Position numbers and translations under genes: made by a program. Shown here piece by piece: positions 40,137 to 50,244 of a stretch of DNA of 64,000 nucleotides. Position 1 is the first letter of the stretch. Every line of letters starts with the position of its first letter. The notes beneath the pieces are model-generated. The model did not search any database. It had not been told where the DNA came from and worked only from the letters and a program-made list of their open reading frames with translations. This DNA comes from an uncultured Chitinophagaceae bacterium. Lineage in GTDB: Bacteria; Bacteroidota; Bacteroidia; Chitinophagales; Chitinophagaceae. Location of the stretch: NCBI GenBank assembly GCA_964409905.1, contig CAYPET010000003.1, forward strand, positions 43,613 through 107,612. The letters are read 5' to 3'.

Positions 40137-42251
40137 ATGCCCACACCATTAAGTGAACATAACAAATTGAACACCCCAATTGAATTCCTGAAAGGAGTGG
40201 GACCAATGCGGGCTAAATGGTTACATGACCAACTAAACATTTCGAGATTTGAAGATTTACTGTACTTTTTCCCTTTTCGGTATGAGGATAAGTCAAACCT
40301 CAAAAAAATAATCGACATCACGGATGGTGAACAAGTTTTAGTTAGGGGGCGTATTAAGGACTATGAGGAAATTGGTGTTGGTCACAAAAAAAGATTGGTT
40401 GCTTATCTCCAAGATGATACAGGAATCATGGAGTTGGTTTGGTTTCGAAGTATTGCATGGATAAAAAAGACGCTTGCCAATGCAAGCAATGTGCAGGTTT
40501 TTGGAAAAGCCAATTACTTTAATCGCAAAATAAGTATCACGCACCCGGAAATGGAAAGCATCCAAACTGATAGTGCTAATACAGAATTGGCACTATTTCC
40601 AGTATACTCCAGCACCGAAATGTTGAAAGCAAAAAACTTGAACGGCAAACAATTTGCCAAGTTAGTGGCAACTTTATTGGAGCAAATCAATGTTAAAGAT
40701 GTGCCCGAGAATCTACCTCAATCAATACTAGAAGCAAATCAATTCTTGCCCCGATTAACCGCATTAATACAATTACACTTTCCGCAAAATCAAAAACAAC
40801 TGCATCTTGCCAAGGAGCGCCTAAAGTTTGAGGAACTTTTTATTGACCAAATGAATATCTGCAAACTCAAATTAAATAAAAGCAAGACACCAGGACACTA
40901 TTTTGAAAAAGTAGGTACTTATTTTAATGAATTTTATTATAACAATTTACCCTTCGACCTAACCGATGATCAAAAACAAGTTTTAAAAGAAATACGACAA
41001 GACACCAAAACGGGCTATCAAATGAATCGTTTGTTGCAAGGCGATGTTGGTAGCGGTAAAACAATCGTTGCGCTGTTAAGCATGTTATTGGCAAAAGATA
41101 ACGGATTTCAGGCTTGCTTAATCGCACCCACAGAGATTCTTTCGCAGCAGCATTATCAAAGCATCAAAAAATTACTACACCATCAAAATATTAAAGTAGC
41201 ACTCCTAACCGGCGGCACAAAAGGTGCTGATAAAAAGAAAATACTTGAATACTTAAAGAACGGGGAATTAGATATTGTGATTGGCACTCATGCTATACTT
41301 GAACCACGTGTACTTTTTAATAATCTGGGATTATGCATTATAGACGAACAACATCGATTCGGGGTAGCGCAACGAGCAAAAATGTGGGAGAAAAATACCA
41401 CCCCGCCGCATATTTTAGTAATGACAGCCACACCTATACCGCGAACCTTGGCCATGACTACCTACGGAGATTTAGAGGTGAGCATTATCAAAAAACTACC
41501 ACCGGGCAGAAAGGTAATTCGCACCGTACATCGCACGGATAACAAACGCTCAGAAGTGATGCACTTCATAAAAAATGAGATTACTCAAGGCAGACAAGTA
41601 TACATCGTTTATCCACTGATAGAAGAAAGTGAAAAGTTAGATTATGAAAACCTCGAACAGGGATACGAACTTGTTTCAACCTACTTTCCCGGACACACCT
41701 ATCATGTAGCCATGGTGCATGGCAGGCAAACCCTTGAGGAGCGCGAACATAATATGCAAGGTTTTATCAATGGCACGGCACAGATATTGGTGGCCACTAC
41801 CGTCATTGAAGTAGGTGTTGATGTGCCAAATGCTTCGGTGATGATTATTGAAAGTGCGGAGCGATTTGGCCTTTCTCAAATGCATCAACTACGTGGACGT
41901 GTAGGTCGAGGTGCAGCTGCTAGCTATTGCATTTTGATGACCGGAAGAAAGCCAACCGAAGATGCTAAAAAGAGAATCCAAACAATGGTAAACCATAGCA
42001 GCGGCTTTGAAATCAGTAAAATAGACCTAGAGTTACGTGGCCCGGGCGACCTTTATGGTACAAAGCAAAGTGGCATATTGCAATACAAACTTGCCAACAT
42101 TATAGAAGACGGCCATCTATTATCATTAGCCCGCAATTATGCTTTACAATTATTAAGCAATGACCCACAATTGCATAAAGCTGAACATGCCGGACTGAAG
42201 CGTTACCTCAGCACCCTAAAAGACAATGTCAACTGGATTGAGATTAGCTAA
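40137..42251 (+). CDS. recG: ATP-dependent DNA helicase RecG
   Basis: Wedge domain plus SF2 helicase motifs (GDVGSGKT, DEQHRFG, TATPIPRT, QLRGRVGRG). Confidence 0.96.
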   Translation: MPTPLSEHNKLNTPIEFLKGVGPMRAKWLHDQLNISRFEDLLYFFPFRYEDKSNLKKIIDITDGEQVLVRGRIKDYEEIGVGHKKRLVAYLQDDTGIMELVWFRSIAWIKKTLANASNVQVFGKANYFNRKISITHPEMESIQTDSANTELALFPVYSSTEMLKAKNLNGKQFAKLVATLLEQINVKDVPENLPQSILEANQFLPRLTALIQLHFPQNQKQLHLAKERLKFEELFIDQMNICKLKLNKSKTPGHYFEKVGTYFNEFYYNNLPFDLTDDQKQVLKEIRQDTKTGYQMNRLLQGDVGSGKTIVALLSMLLAKDNGFQACLIAPTEILSQQHYQSIKKLLHHQNIKVALLTGGTKGADKKKILEYLKNGELDIVIGTHAILEPRVLFNNLGLCIIDEQHRFGVAQRAKMWEKNTTPPHILVMTATPIPRTLAMTTYGDLEVSIIKKLPPGRKVIRTVHRTDNKRSEVMHFIKNEITQGRQVYIVYPLIEESEKLDYENLEQGYELVSTYFPGHTYHVAMVHGRQTLEEREHNMQGFINGTAQILVATTVIEVGVDVPNASVMIIESAERFGLSQMHQLRGRVGRGAAASYCILMTGRKPTEDAKKRIQTMVNHSSGFEISKIDLELRGPGDLYGTKQSGILQYKLANIIEDGHLLSLARNYALQLLSNDPQLHKAEHAGLKRYLSTLKDNVNWIEIS

Positions 42252-42261
42252 TAAAAAATAT

Positions 42262-43656
42262 TTATTGAAAAAGTCGCCAAATATCAAGACCGTTTGCATA
42301 AAGCATTAGAGCAAGTAACAACACCAGGCCAACACCATTTGCTTTCTCGATGACACTATCTTTTACTTTTATACCCGTAATCATTTCGAACAACAGAAAC
42401 AGCACATAGCCACCATCTAAACCTGGAATAGGCAACAAATTCATAAATGCAAGAATGATAGATATAAATGCAGTAAGCTGAAGAAACATTAGCATATCAA
42501 ACTCACCTGGAAAAAGACCTCCTATAGATCCAAAACCTCCGAGGCTTTCGCTCACTTTTACCTCGGGCGATGTAAAAATTAATCGGAGTTGACCAATGTA
42601 TTCCATCAGCTTTTCACCTGTAAAAGAAATGCCTTTGGGTATAGCCTGTACAAAAGAATAATTTTTTGTTTCGAATTTCAAAAATCGGTCTGCTGTTAAA
42701 GCGTAAACCTGGAATTCTCCTTTATCAGTCAGCTTTGCCACTTTATTAATCGTATCCCCTCCTCGAACAATCAGCATATCAACTTCGTTGGTTTCATCAG
42801 GGTTTTTCTGAACCACTTTTTTAGCCGCGCGGGCTATATCAATTTGATAAGGCGATGCCAACTCATTGATGCCTACAATCTTGTCACCCTTTTGAAAAAT
42901 ATTCTTATTAATACTGTTCGCCGGCATAGAGTCTATTACAAATGGATATCGCGGTGCCACCATACTGGCTTTTTTTGATTTAAGCATATGGCGCATAGTT
43001 CCGGCTGGAATATTGACGACAATCTCTTTGCCGTCACGGATTACAGTAAAATTTTTGGCTTCGCCGTAAAACATCGTTTTGCCAATCTCATCAAAAGTCT
43101 GAATACGCACGTCTCCAACTTTTACGATATTATCACCCTCCATGAGGCCAATACTCTTACCTAAACTATCCACATGAACACCATAAGTTACATTCGCTAT
43201 GGGCAATTTATTTTCACCCCAACCAGCAAAAATGGCTATGTATATTACCATGGCCAGTAATACGTTCATAATAATACCCCCGAGCATAATCAATAACTTC
43301 TGCCATGACTTCTTACTTCTATATTCCCATGGTTGCGGCTCACCTTTCAATGCTTCTTTGTCGGTACTTTCGTCAATCATGCCTGCAATTTTTACGTAAC
43401 CACCTAATGGAAACCAACCCAGGCCATATTCTGTTTCGCCAATTTTCTTTTTGAATAACGAAAAATTCATAAAGGTTGCGAAAGGGAAAAAGAAATCAAA
43501 GAATAGGTAAAATTTCTCCACCCGTGTTTTAAACAATTTGGCAAATAGAAAATGGCCAAACTCATGAATAATGATTAAAATGGAAAGCGCAGCGAAAAAC
43601 TGTATCACTTTCATTAGTGTTGGCGATATAGCCAATAAAATATTTAGTAAATCCAT
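42262..43656 (-). CDS. rseP: RIP (site-2) zinc metalloprotease RseP
   Basis: HEFGH motif, a PDZ-like central region, and C-terminal NLLPIPGLDGG. Confidence 0.92.
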   Translation of the reverse strand: MDLLNILLAISPTLMKVIQFFAALSILIIIHEFGHFLFAKLFKTRVEKFYLFFDFFFPFATFMNFSLFKKKIGETEYGLGWFPLGGYVKIAGMIDESTDKEALKGEPQPWEYRSKKSWQKLLIMLGGIIMNVLLAMVIYIAIFAGWGENKLPIANVTYGVHVDSLGKSIGLMEGDNIVKVGDVRIQTFDEIGKTMFYGEAKNFTVIRDGKEIVVNIPAGTMRHMLKSKKASMVAPRYPFVIDSMPANSINKNIFQKGDKIVGINELASPYQIDIARAAKKVVQKNPDETNEVDMLIVRGGDTINKVAKLTDKGEFQVYALTADRFLKFETKNYSFVQAIPKGISFTGEKLMEYIGQLRLIFTSPEVKVSESLGGFGSIGGLFPGEFDMLMFLQLTAFISIILAFMNLLPIPGLDGGYVLFLLFEMITGIKVKDSVIEKANGVGLVLLLALMLYANGLDIWRLFQ

Positions 43657-43657
43657 A

Positions 43658-44812
43658 TTAGTCTTTAATTAATCGTTGGCAGTATTGCCGGGTGTGTAAA
43701 TCAGTTTGCGTATAATCATGTAAACTGGGGGTTTCAATAAAATCTACTTTTTCCAAACAATTTTCAATTAGCTCACTCATTTCCAAAAAGCCAATTTTAT
43801 TCTTCAAAAAGGATTCTACTACTACTTCGTTTGCTGCATTAAGTATACATGGCGCATTTCCTCCTTTTATCATTGCCTCTTTAGCCAGACTCAAATTTCG
43901 AAATGTTTTATAATCGGGCGCCTCGAAATTCAAAGAGGCAAATTTCTTTATATCAAAACGTGGAAAATTGTTTGCAATACGCTCCGGGTATGCTAAGGCA
44001 TACTGAATTGGCAACTTCATATCAGGAAGTCCAAGCTGCGCCTTTTGGGACCCATCAACAAACTCTACTAAAGAATGGATTATGGATTGTGGATGAATTA
44101 CTACATCAATTTGCTCATTTTCTAAGCCAAACAACCATTTTGCTTCTATCATTTCCAGCCCTTTATTCATTAAAGATGCTGAGTCTATAGTGATTTTGGC
44201 ACCCATAGTCCAGTTTGGATGTTGCAAGGCATGATCCTTTTTCACGTTAACCAAATAGTTGGTTTTCTTACCTAAAAAAGGCCCTCCGGAGGCAGTCAAT
44301 ATCACCTTGCTGATTTCCGCCAGGTTCTCGCCAACCAGGCATTGAAAAATTGCGGAGTGCTCACTATCTACCGGAATTAAGCGCGCACCCGTTTTAGCCA
44401 CTGTGGCCATAACTATATCACCTGCCACTACCAATGTTTCCTTATTGGCCAAGGCAATTGTTTTTCCTTGTTCTGCGGCCGCCAGGGTAGATGATAATCC
44501 TGCAAAACCAACAATACTTGCCACAAGGATATCGTACACATCGCTTGCCGCAACATCAGTCAGCGAAGCTTCGCCTGAATAAACTTTTATAGGCTCATGC
44601 TGCAAAGCTTCTTGCACTTGTTTATACTTCTCTTCATTTGCAATAATGGCAATATTGGGTTTGAACTTGATACACTGTTCTATCAACAATGCCGCGTTAC
44701 TGTGAGCAGACAATACCTCTACCGAAAATTTATCCGGGTGTTGTTCAATGACATCTAATGCTTGCGTACCTATCGAACCCGTACTGCCGTATATGGCTAT
44801 GCGTTTACTCAT
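43658..44812 (-). CDS. dxr: 1-deoxy-D-xylulose-5-phosphate reductoisomerase
   Basis: GSTGSIG, LANKE, DSEHSA and NAANE motifs. Confidence 0.97.
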   Translation of the reverse strand: MSKRIAIYGSTGSIGTQALDVIEQHPDKFSVEVLSAHSNAALLIEQCIKFKPNIAIIANEEKYKQVQEALQHEPIKVYSGEASLTDVAASDVYDILVASIVGFAGLSSTLAAAEQGKTIALANKETLVVAGDIVMATVAKTGARLIPVDSEHSAIFQCLVGENLAEISKVILTASGGPFLGKKTNYLVNVKKDHALQHPNWTMGAKITIDSASLMNKGLEMIEAKWLFGLENEQIDVVIHPQSIIHSLVEFVDGSQKAQLGLPDMKLPIQYALAYPERIANNFPRFDIKKFASLNFEAPDYKTFRNLSLAKEAMIKGGNAPCILNAANEVVVESFLKNKIGFLEMSELIENCLEKVDFIETPSLHDYTQTDLHTRQYCQRLIKD

Positions 44813-44922
44813 ATATAAAAGAGTCGCAAAATTAGTTATTTAAAAGAGTCCACATGGAATTATTCTTGTTTTTAATTATGAATATCATATTAGAGCCTTA
44901 ACTTTAGACTTTCTTTATAATA

Positions 44923-45744
44923 ATGAAATTGAATCAAAACTTTTTTATAGCGCTTGCTACCGCCGCCTTTTTTATCGGATCAGTGAGCATTCTCTCTTCT
45001 TGTGTAAAAGAAAGAGATTTTGACACCTATGCCGCCGAAGATGCCTCATATGCCATGTGGATATATGATGATGCTATCAATATATTGAATGAGGCTTCTA
45101 GGTTAAAGACGGGTGACAACCTGATATTATATAAAACAACAGGTTATTGCTCTGAAGTGGTCAATCAGCCGGGTCGAATTATCGTTTCCTTTGGTAGCAG
45201 CGATTGTCTATGCAATGATGGCAGAAACAGACGTGGAAAAATTATTGTAGAATTCCAGGGCAACTATGCAGATAGTGGGCAGGCGCATTTCATCACATTT
45301 GAAGATTATTTTGTAGACAATAACGAGGTAAATGGCAGTGAGACTGTCACGTTTATGGGGCGTAATGACGCCAATCAGCCTTACTTTACAGTTTCGGTAG
45401 ATGGTATTCTTGATATTGATGACAGCCTGGGCAGCCTTACTTACAATGCTGAATTGGAACGCACTTGGTTAACTGGATCGGAAACAATACAATATGAAGA
45501 TGATAACTTTGAAATTACCGGCAAAGGGCAGGGTGTGAATATTTATGGCAACAATTATGCATTTAATACCAAAGAATCTGTTCACAAACCCACAAACTTA
45601 ATGTGTCGCTACTTCACCAAAGGCATCTTAGAAGTACAACCTCAGGGGCGTACTTTCAGAAGTATTGATTTTGGCAATGGTAATTGTGACAAAACCGCCA
45701 CGGTGACTATTGATGGCAAACAGCATAATATGATTTTGAAATAG
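44923..45744 (+). CDS. Lipoprotein of unknown function
   Basis: Signal peptide with lipobox (ILSSC). No family recognised. Confidence 0.6.
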   Translation: MKLNQNFFIALATAAFFIGSVSILSSCVKERDFDTYAAEDASYAMWIYDDAINILNEASRLKTGDNLILYKTTGYCSEVVNQPGRIIVSFGSSDCLCNDGRNRRGKIIVEFQGNYADSGQAHFITFEDYFVDNNEVNGSETVTFMGRNDANQPYFTVSVDGILDIDDSLGSLTYNAELERTWLTGSETIQYEDDNFEITGKGQGVNIYGNNYAFNTKESVHKPTNLMCRYFTKGILEVQPQGRTFRSIDFGNGNCDKTATVTIDGKQHNMILK

Positions 45745-45772
45745 TATCCTCCCCTATTCCAACTATACACAA

Positions 45773-45808
45773 AAAGCGAGTAGCCCTATCTATTCGCTTT
45801 TATTTTTA
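45773..45808 (+). terminator. Candidate intrinsic terminator
   Basis: 11-bp stem with one G-U pair (aaagcgagtag/ctattcgcttt), 6-nt loop, then tatttttat. Confidence 0.55.
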
Positions 45809-45856
45809 TCCCAATCATTGGCTTTAGAAATTGCCCCCTAACTTCGCACCTACAAG

Positions 45857-46879
45857 GTGAAATTAAACATTCAAGATAGCGTAAATTTTTTAGGGAAACT
45901 GACCATCCCCAGAGTGTGGAATGGGGTTAAAGTATTGAGTAGTTACTATCTCACAAAGTGGACCAATCGTACTGTTCAGTGGGGCGAACCATTTTCGATT
46001 TCATTTGAACCGACCACATCCTGCAATCTGCGTTGCCCGGAATGCCCAAGTGGGTTAAGGGCTTTTACCCGCCCACGAGGTATGCTCGATCAAGACTTCT
46101 TCAGAAAAACAATTGATGAGATGCAATCGAAATTATTCTATCTCATATTTTATTTTCAAGGAGAGCCATACCTCAATCCGGAGTTTTTAGATATGGTTAA
46201 ATATGCCGCAGATAAAAAGATTTATACAGCCACCAGCACAAATGCGCATTATATGAATGACGATAATGCCAAGCGCACCGTGGAAAGTGGATTGGACCGA
46301 TTAATTATTTCGTTAGATGGTACTACACAAGATGTGTATCAACAATATCGCATCGGTGGTAATATAGATAAAGTATTGGACGGAGCGCGAAATATTGTCA
46401 TATGGAAAAAAAAGCTAAAATCCAAAACGCCCTATATATTTTTTCAATTTTTGGTGGTTCGGCCTAACGAGCATCAGATTGAAGATGCTAAAAAATTAGC
46501 CCAGGAGATTGGTGTGGATGATATCCGTTTTAAAACAGCCCAAATCTATGACTATGAAAATGGCAATCCGCTCATCCCTACCATTGACAAATATGCGCGA
46601 TATAAAAAACAAGTTGATGGCACCTATATAATAAAAAATAAGTTGGCTAATAATTGCTGGAAATTGTGGCACGCCTGTGTGATCACATGGGATGGATTAG
46701 TAGTACCCTGTTGTTTTGATAAAGACGCCATCCACCGTTTGGGAGATTTAAAAACGCAATCTTTTAAAGAAATTTGGCGGGCTCAGGAGTATAAAGACTT
46801 TCGGGCAGCACTGATACAGGGTCGCCAAAACATTGACATTTGTTCAAACTGCAGCGACGGCACTAAAGTCTGGGAGTAG
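45857..46879 (+). CDS. Radical SAM enzyme with a C-terminal SPASM-type auxiliary cluster domain
   Basis: CxxxCxxC motif (CNLRCPEC) and a Cys-rich C-terminus (CWKLWHAC, VPCCFD, CSNCSDG). GTG start. Confidence 0.85.
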   Translation: MKLNIQDSVNFLGKLTIPRVWNGVKVLSSYYLTKWTNRTVQWGEPFSISFEPTTSCNLRCPECPSGLRAFTRPRGMLDQDFFRKTIDEMQSKLFYLIFYFQGEPYLNPEFLDMVKYAADKKIYTATSTNAHYMNDDNAKRTVESGLDRLIISLDGTTQDVYQQYRIGGNIDKVLDGARNIVIWKKKLKSKTPYIFFQFLVVRPNEHQIEDAKKLAQEIGVDDIRFKTAQIYDYENGNPLIPTIDKYARYKKQVDGTYIIKNKLANNCWKLWHACVITWDGLVVPCCFDKDAIHRLGDLKTQSFKEIWRAQEYKDFRAALIQGRQNIDICSNCSDGTKVWE

Positions 46880-46881
46880 CC

Positions 46882-47391
46882 TTAGTGGGAGTAAATAAAC
46901 TCGTTACTGATAAAATCACCATTTGAATTGGTACTAACCTCCGTCAGCTTCAAGATGTTCTCACCTAAGCCAGTTAAAAATTGTTCACGAATGGCAAATA
47001 CAGTATCATTTGGTGCAGCGGGCATATTGTAGGTGATATATGTATCAGTGTACTTGATTTTTGTTTCCTTATTTATAAACTCCCATCGTCCTTTACGTAT
47101 AATGTCCGGGTCGCCAGCATTGCATTTGGAGTTCCCCTCGGATATATTATAGGTGCTGTCTGTAGGAAAATCTAAGATATTATCTTGGTTGCAGCCCGGA
47201 AGCAAATCATAAGAGCCTTGCCAGGCCCCGTTATTGACTTTTATCTGTGCATTTACCAATTTCCATGGTGCTTGCGTCAGCAATTTGGTCGAGGTCTTTG
47301 GTTTTACGAAATTCTCGTCCGTTTCTTTTTTGCATGATAGGCCAATGATGATAATCAAAACAAATGATAGTATGCTAAACGATTTAACCAT
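46882..47391 (-). CDS. Lipocalin-like domain lipoprotein
   Basis: Lipobox (IGLSC), then the WKL...C..D..L.F pattern typical of bacterial lipocalin-like domains. Confidence 0.6.
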   Translation of the reverse strand: MVKSFSILSFVLIIIIGLSCKKETDENFVKPKTSTKLLTQAPWKLVNAQIKVNNGAWQGSYDLLPGCNQDNILDFPTDSTYNISEGNSKCNAGDPDIIRKGRWEFINKETKIKYTDTYITYNMPAAPNDTVFAIREQFLTGLGENILKLTEVSTNSNGDFISNEFIYSH

Positions 47392-47551
47392 GAAAATTAA
47401 ATTTGGGTAAAAGTAAGTAAATTTATGTGAACGATATAAAACATATTGCTCTTGCCCGTATCAATTTCTTAGTGCTATGCGCATTGTTATTATTTTGACA
47501 AGCTATGATAAAGTACCGAAAAAACATGGCGTTGATATCTTTTTAAAAAAA

Positions 47552-48688
47552 CTAAGGGTGGGCGACAGTAATACTTATGCTGCTTCCCTTTATAGCAATT
47601 GAATCAGCGGGATTTTGCACATTGTACAAGAATCCGTTCACGGTACCCTGCAATCCGATAGTTTTTTGGCCAAATTGGTTCAAGTCATACCCATAAGCTT
47701 CATTCATATTAAAAACAACCTTGCCTGACTGGTCTGTACCATTGTTTTTATACGAAGAATACGTTTTACCGCCGGTATTATAGGTAATAACACAGGCTTT
47801 GTAAGGAGGTCTGATGTTGGTGATAGTATTCGGTATTGAGACTATATCAAACAAAAAGGTTGCCAAACAAGGCTGGCTTGTATTTTGCAAAATACCACGC
47901 CAGCTTGAACTTATACCAGGGCGTGTAGCGGTTAGCTCCACCATATGTTTGAGCGAATCTGTATACATCACAATGGCATTCAGACCCTGGCCCAATTGAC
48001 CGTTACCAAAATCCCAAAAATAGGCAGTGAAACCCTGACTTGCCGAAAGTGCAAAACTATCGAATGTCGGGTTAGTAGCTACATCAAATTGTACTTGACT
48101 GTTGAGAATGTCGGCAAGGTTAATGGTATTGGTGATTGAATCTACGCAACCAATCAGTCCATTATTCGATACCATGGTCACATCAACAGTCTGCAAATTT
48201 GGCGAATATGTGTGCATAACGCTGTCACCGGTGGCAGTGCTGCCATCTCCAAAATCCCAAAAAGTAATACCCCCATTAGACAATAAATTGATGAAGTTCA
48301 ATTGCATCAAGCCTGTAGCCACAAAAGTCGAATCTTGTGATAAAGAGTAAAATGCAGACTGGTTAAAAACATTTGCCAGAATATCATCATTCTTTACCGA
48401 GTCATATCCATAAAATTCAAAACGCAAGTAATTCTGTGATGAGTCTGCCTTATCGCGAAACTCACCTTGCATTACCAATACATCTCGACTACCGGCATCG
48501 CGGTAATTAGTGTATAAATAATAATTATTCTCTCCCGCCTGAAAATTAACTGGCAGGCCATCAATAGTACCTTCAAACAAGAACCGCACAGCCCCTATAT
48601 CATTGGAGACGAGTTCCTTTTGACAAGAAAACTGACCCAGCAATAGGCATAACAGCATGAATATCTTGGCGTGTTTCATTTTCATCAT
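47552..48688 (-). CDS. Exported protein with two PKD-like domains
   Basis: Signal/lipobox (LLLGQFSC) and two WDFG(D/N)G PKD signatures. Its start overlaps the upstream stop (ATGATGA). Confidence 0.6.
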   Translation of the reverse strand: MMKMKHAKIFMLLCLLLGQFSCQKELVSNDIGAVRFLFEGTIDGLPVNFQAGENNYYLYTNYRDAGSRDVLVMQGEFRDKADSSQNYLRFEFYGYDSVKNDDILANVFNQSAFYSLSQDSTFVATGLMQLNFINLLSNGGITFWDFGDGSTATGDSVMHTYSPNLQTVDVTMVSNNGLIGCVDSITNTINLADILNSQVQFDVATNPTFDSFALSASQGFTAYFWDFGNGQLGQGLNAIVMYTDSLKHMVELTATRPGISSSWRGILQNTSQPCLATFLFDIVSIPNTITNIRPPYKACVITYNTGGKTYSSYKNNGTDQSGKVVFNMNEAYGYDLNQFGQKTIGLQGTVNGFLYNVQNPADSIAIKGSSISITVAHP

Positions 48689-50244
48689 TTTTTAAATTTA
48701 TACCGCACTGCTATACCGGCCCTGGCGTTCCGATCAGTATACGTGTTATTGAAATAATCATTTTTTGTCATATCAAAGAGTCCCTGCTGATAAAACCCAG
48801 CAATACTTACTTGGGGCATAATATCGTATTCAATACCAAAATTAAAATTGACATCCAAAAATCGCAACCCGCTCATGTAGCCAAACCTTCTTTCTTGAAC
48901 ATTGTATTTCGCATCTTCGTAGATGCTTATGGAATTAAGGCCAAAATTCAATCCGGCACCGCCAAATACTGCCAATCGTGGACGCAGTTTGTAGGCAAAC
49001 TGCACCGGAACAACCATTTGCAATAAATTTTTTCTGGTTACGCTAAGCACTGAGCTATCCTTATCAAAACTATATCGAATACGACTACCCTCCTCCGTAA
49101 TATTCAAGTGACTTATGTAAGACATATAGGCAGATAAGTAGATGCTCATTCTATCGGAGAAACTATACTGATACCCAAGCCCAAGACTAGGACTAAAGCC
49201 CCATTTGACATTGCCCTGCGAGTTACCCATGTAGCCTCTTGCATTTGCTATACCCGCCAACAAATAAAATGTAGATGGTTGGGGCTGATACGCTAATGGT
49301 TCTTTTTTTGAGGTCGAGCTTGAAGCGCTCTTTGCTGATGCTGCAATTACATTCTTTATTGAATCGCTTTTTTCTTTACCCAATGGCACCATAACTTCGG
49401 TATAGGTATATTGCTCCAACCCTTTAACGTATCGAGGATTAAGTTTTTGATAATCTTCGGGGCTGCGGTAAAGACGTTTGTCACCGAGCATTGTAACTGC
49501 ATTTCTGACGAAGATTTCATTCATTTCCTTTTGAGGCGCCTCCTCTTTTGCCAGCGGTATTGTCTTTATTCCCTTCTGGCTCGCTGAAGGTTGTGGCGCT
49601 GTTGTTGTTTCATGATGTTTGGAAAGGCTTTTTGTCGAGCTTATCTCTTCGCTGCTCTTAACACCTTGAGCCAAAACATTCCTTCGTAACGCATCGTTCT
49701 CAGCCTTACCTTTTGGTTCATCTTGAAAGTCAGATTCGCTCGATTTTTCAACTTTTGTAGATTGTGCTGAATGAACCACTAAATTAGCTGATGGTTGACG
49801 CTTGGCTGGTTGTTTACTTGCCGGTTGCCGATTTTTTCTGGGTGGGGTCAATATGGTTTGTTGTTCAGTTTCAGTTTGTTTATTCGTGGTGGCTATATCA
49901 TTATGATCCAAGACACTTACTTGTTGGGCTTGCTTCGTTTCTGTTTTAGGTTGATTTAATGTTGTATTCGAATGATTTTTTACTTCTACGGCACTCGGCA
50001 AATTGTTTGCAGAAGCACTACTTTCCTTGGTTGTATTGCCGTTCCGGAAATTATTCAATGCGGTTAAAGCGGTTCCTATCAGCAAGGTAACTACTATAAT
50101 AAATAGCCAAAAAGGTCTTTTCTTCTTATCCTCTTCATCGAGCCGGCGCTGTGCGTCTGCCCAATGTTTTTCATTGACCTCAAAATGCAACTCTTGCATC
50201 TTTTGCTTCAAAAAGTTATCGATATGGTGCTGATTATTTTCCAT
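48685..50244 (-). CDS. Putative anti-sigma-like envelope-spanning protein: cytoplasmic N-terminus, one TM helix, long low-complexity linker, C-terminal OM beta-barrel domain
   Basis: Immediately follows the ECF sigma gene and overlaps it by 11 nt. TM helix FWLFIIVVTLLIGTALTAL. The last ~195 aa show an 8-strand-type barrel pattern ending in RYKFKK. Confidence 0.55.
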   Translation of the reverse strand: MENNQHHIDNFLKQKMQELHFEVNEKHWADAQRRLDEEDKKKRPFWLFIIVVTLLIGTALTALNNFRNGNTTKESSASANNLPSAVEVKNHSNTTLNQPKTETKQAQQVSVLDHNDIATTNKQTETEQQTILTPPRKNRQPASKQPAKRQPSANLVVHSAQSTKVEKSSESDFQDEPKGKAENDALRRNVLAQGVKSSEEISSTKSLSKHHETTTAPQPSASQKGIKTIPLAKEEAPQKEMNEIFVRNAVTMLGDKRLYRSPEDYQKLNPRYVKGLEQYTYTEVMVPLGKEKSDSIKNVIAASAKSASSSTSKKEPLAYQPQPSTFYLLAGIANARGYMGNSQGNVKWGFSPSLGLGYQYSFSDRMSIYLSAYMSYISHLNITEEGSRIRYSFDKDSSVLSVTRKNLLQMVVPVQFAYKLRPRLAVFGGAGLNFGLNSISIYEDAKYNVQERRFGYMSGLRFLDVNFNFGIEYDIMPQVSIAGFYQQGLFDMTKNDYFNNTYTDRNARAGIAVRYKFKK

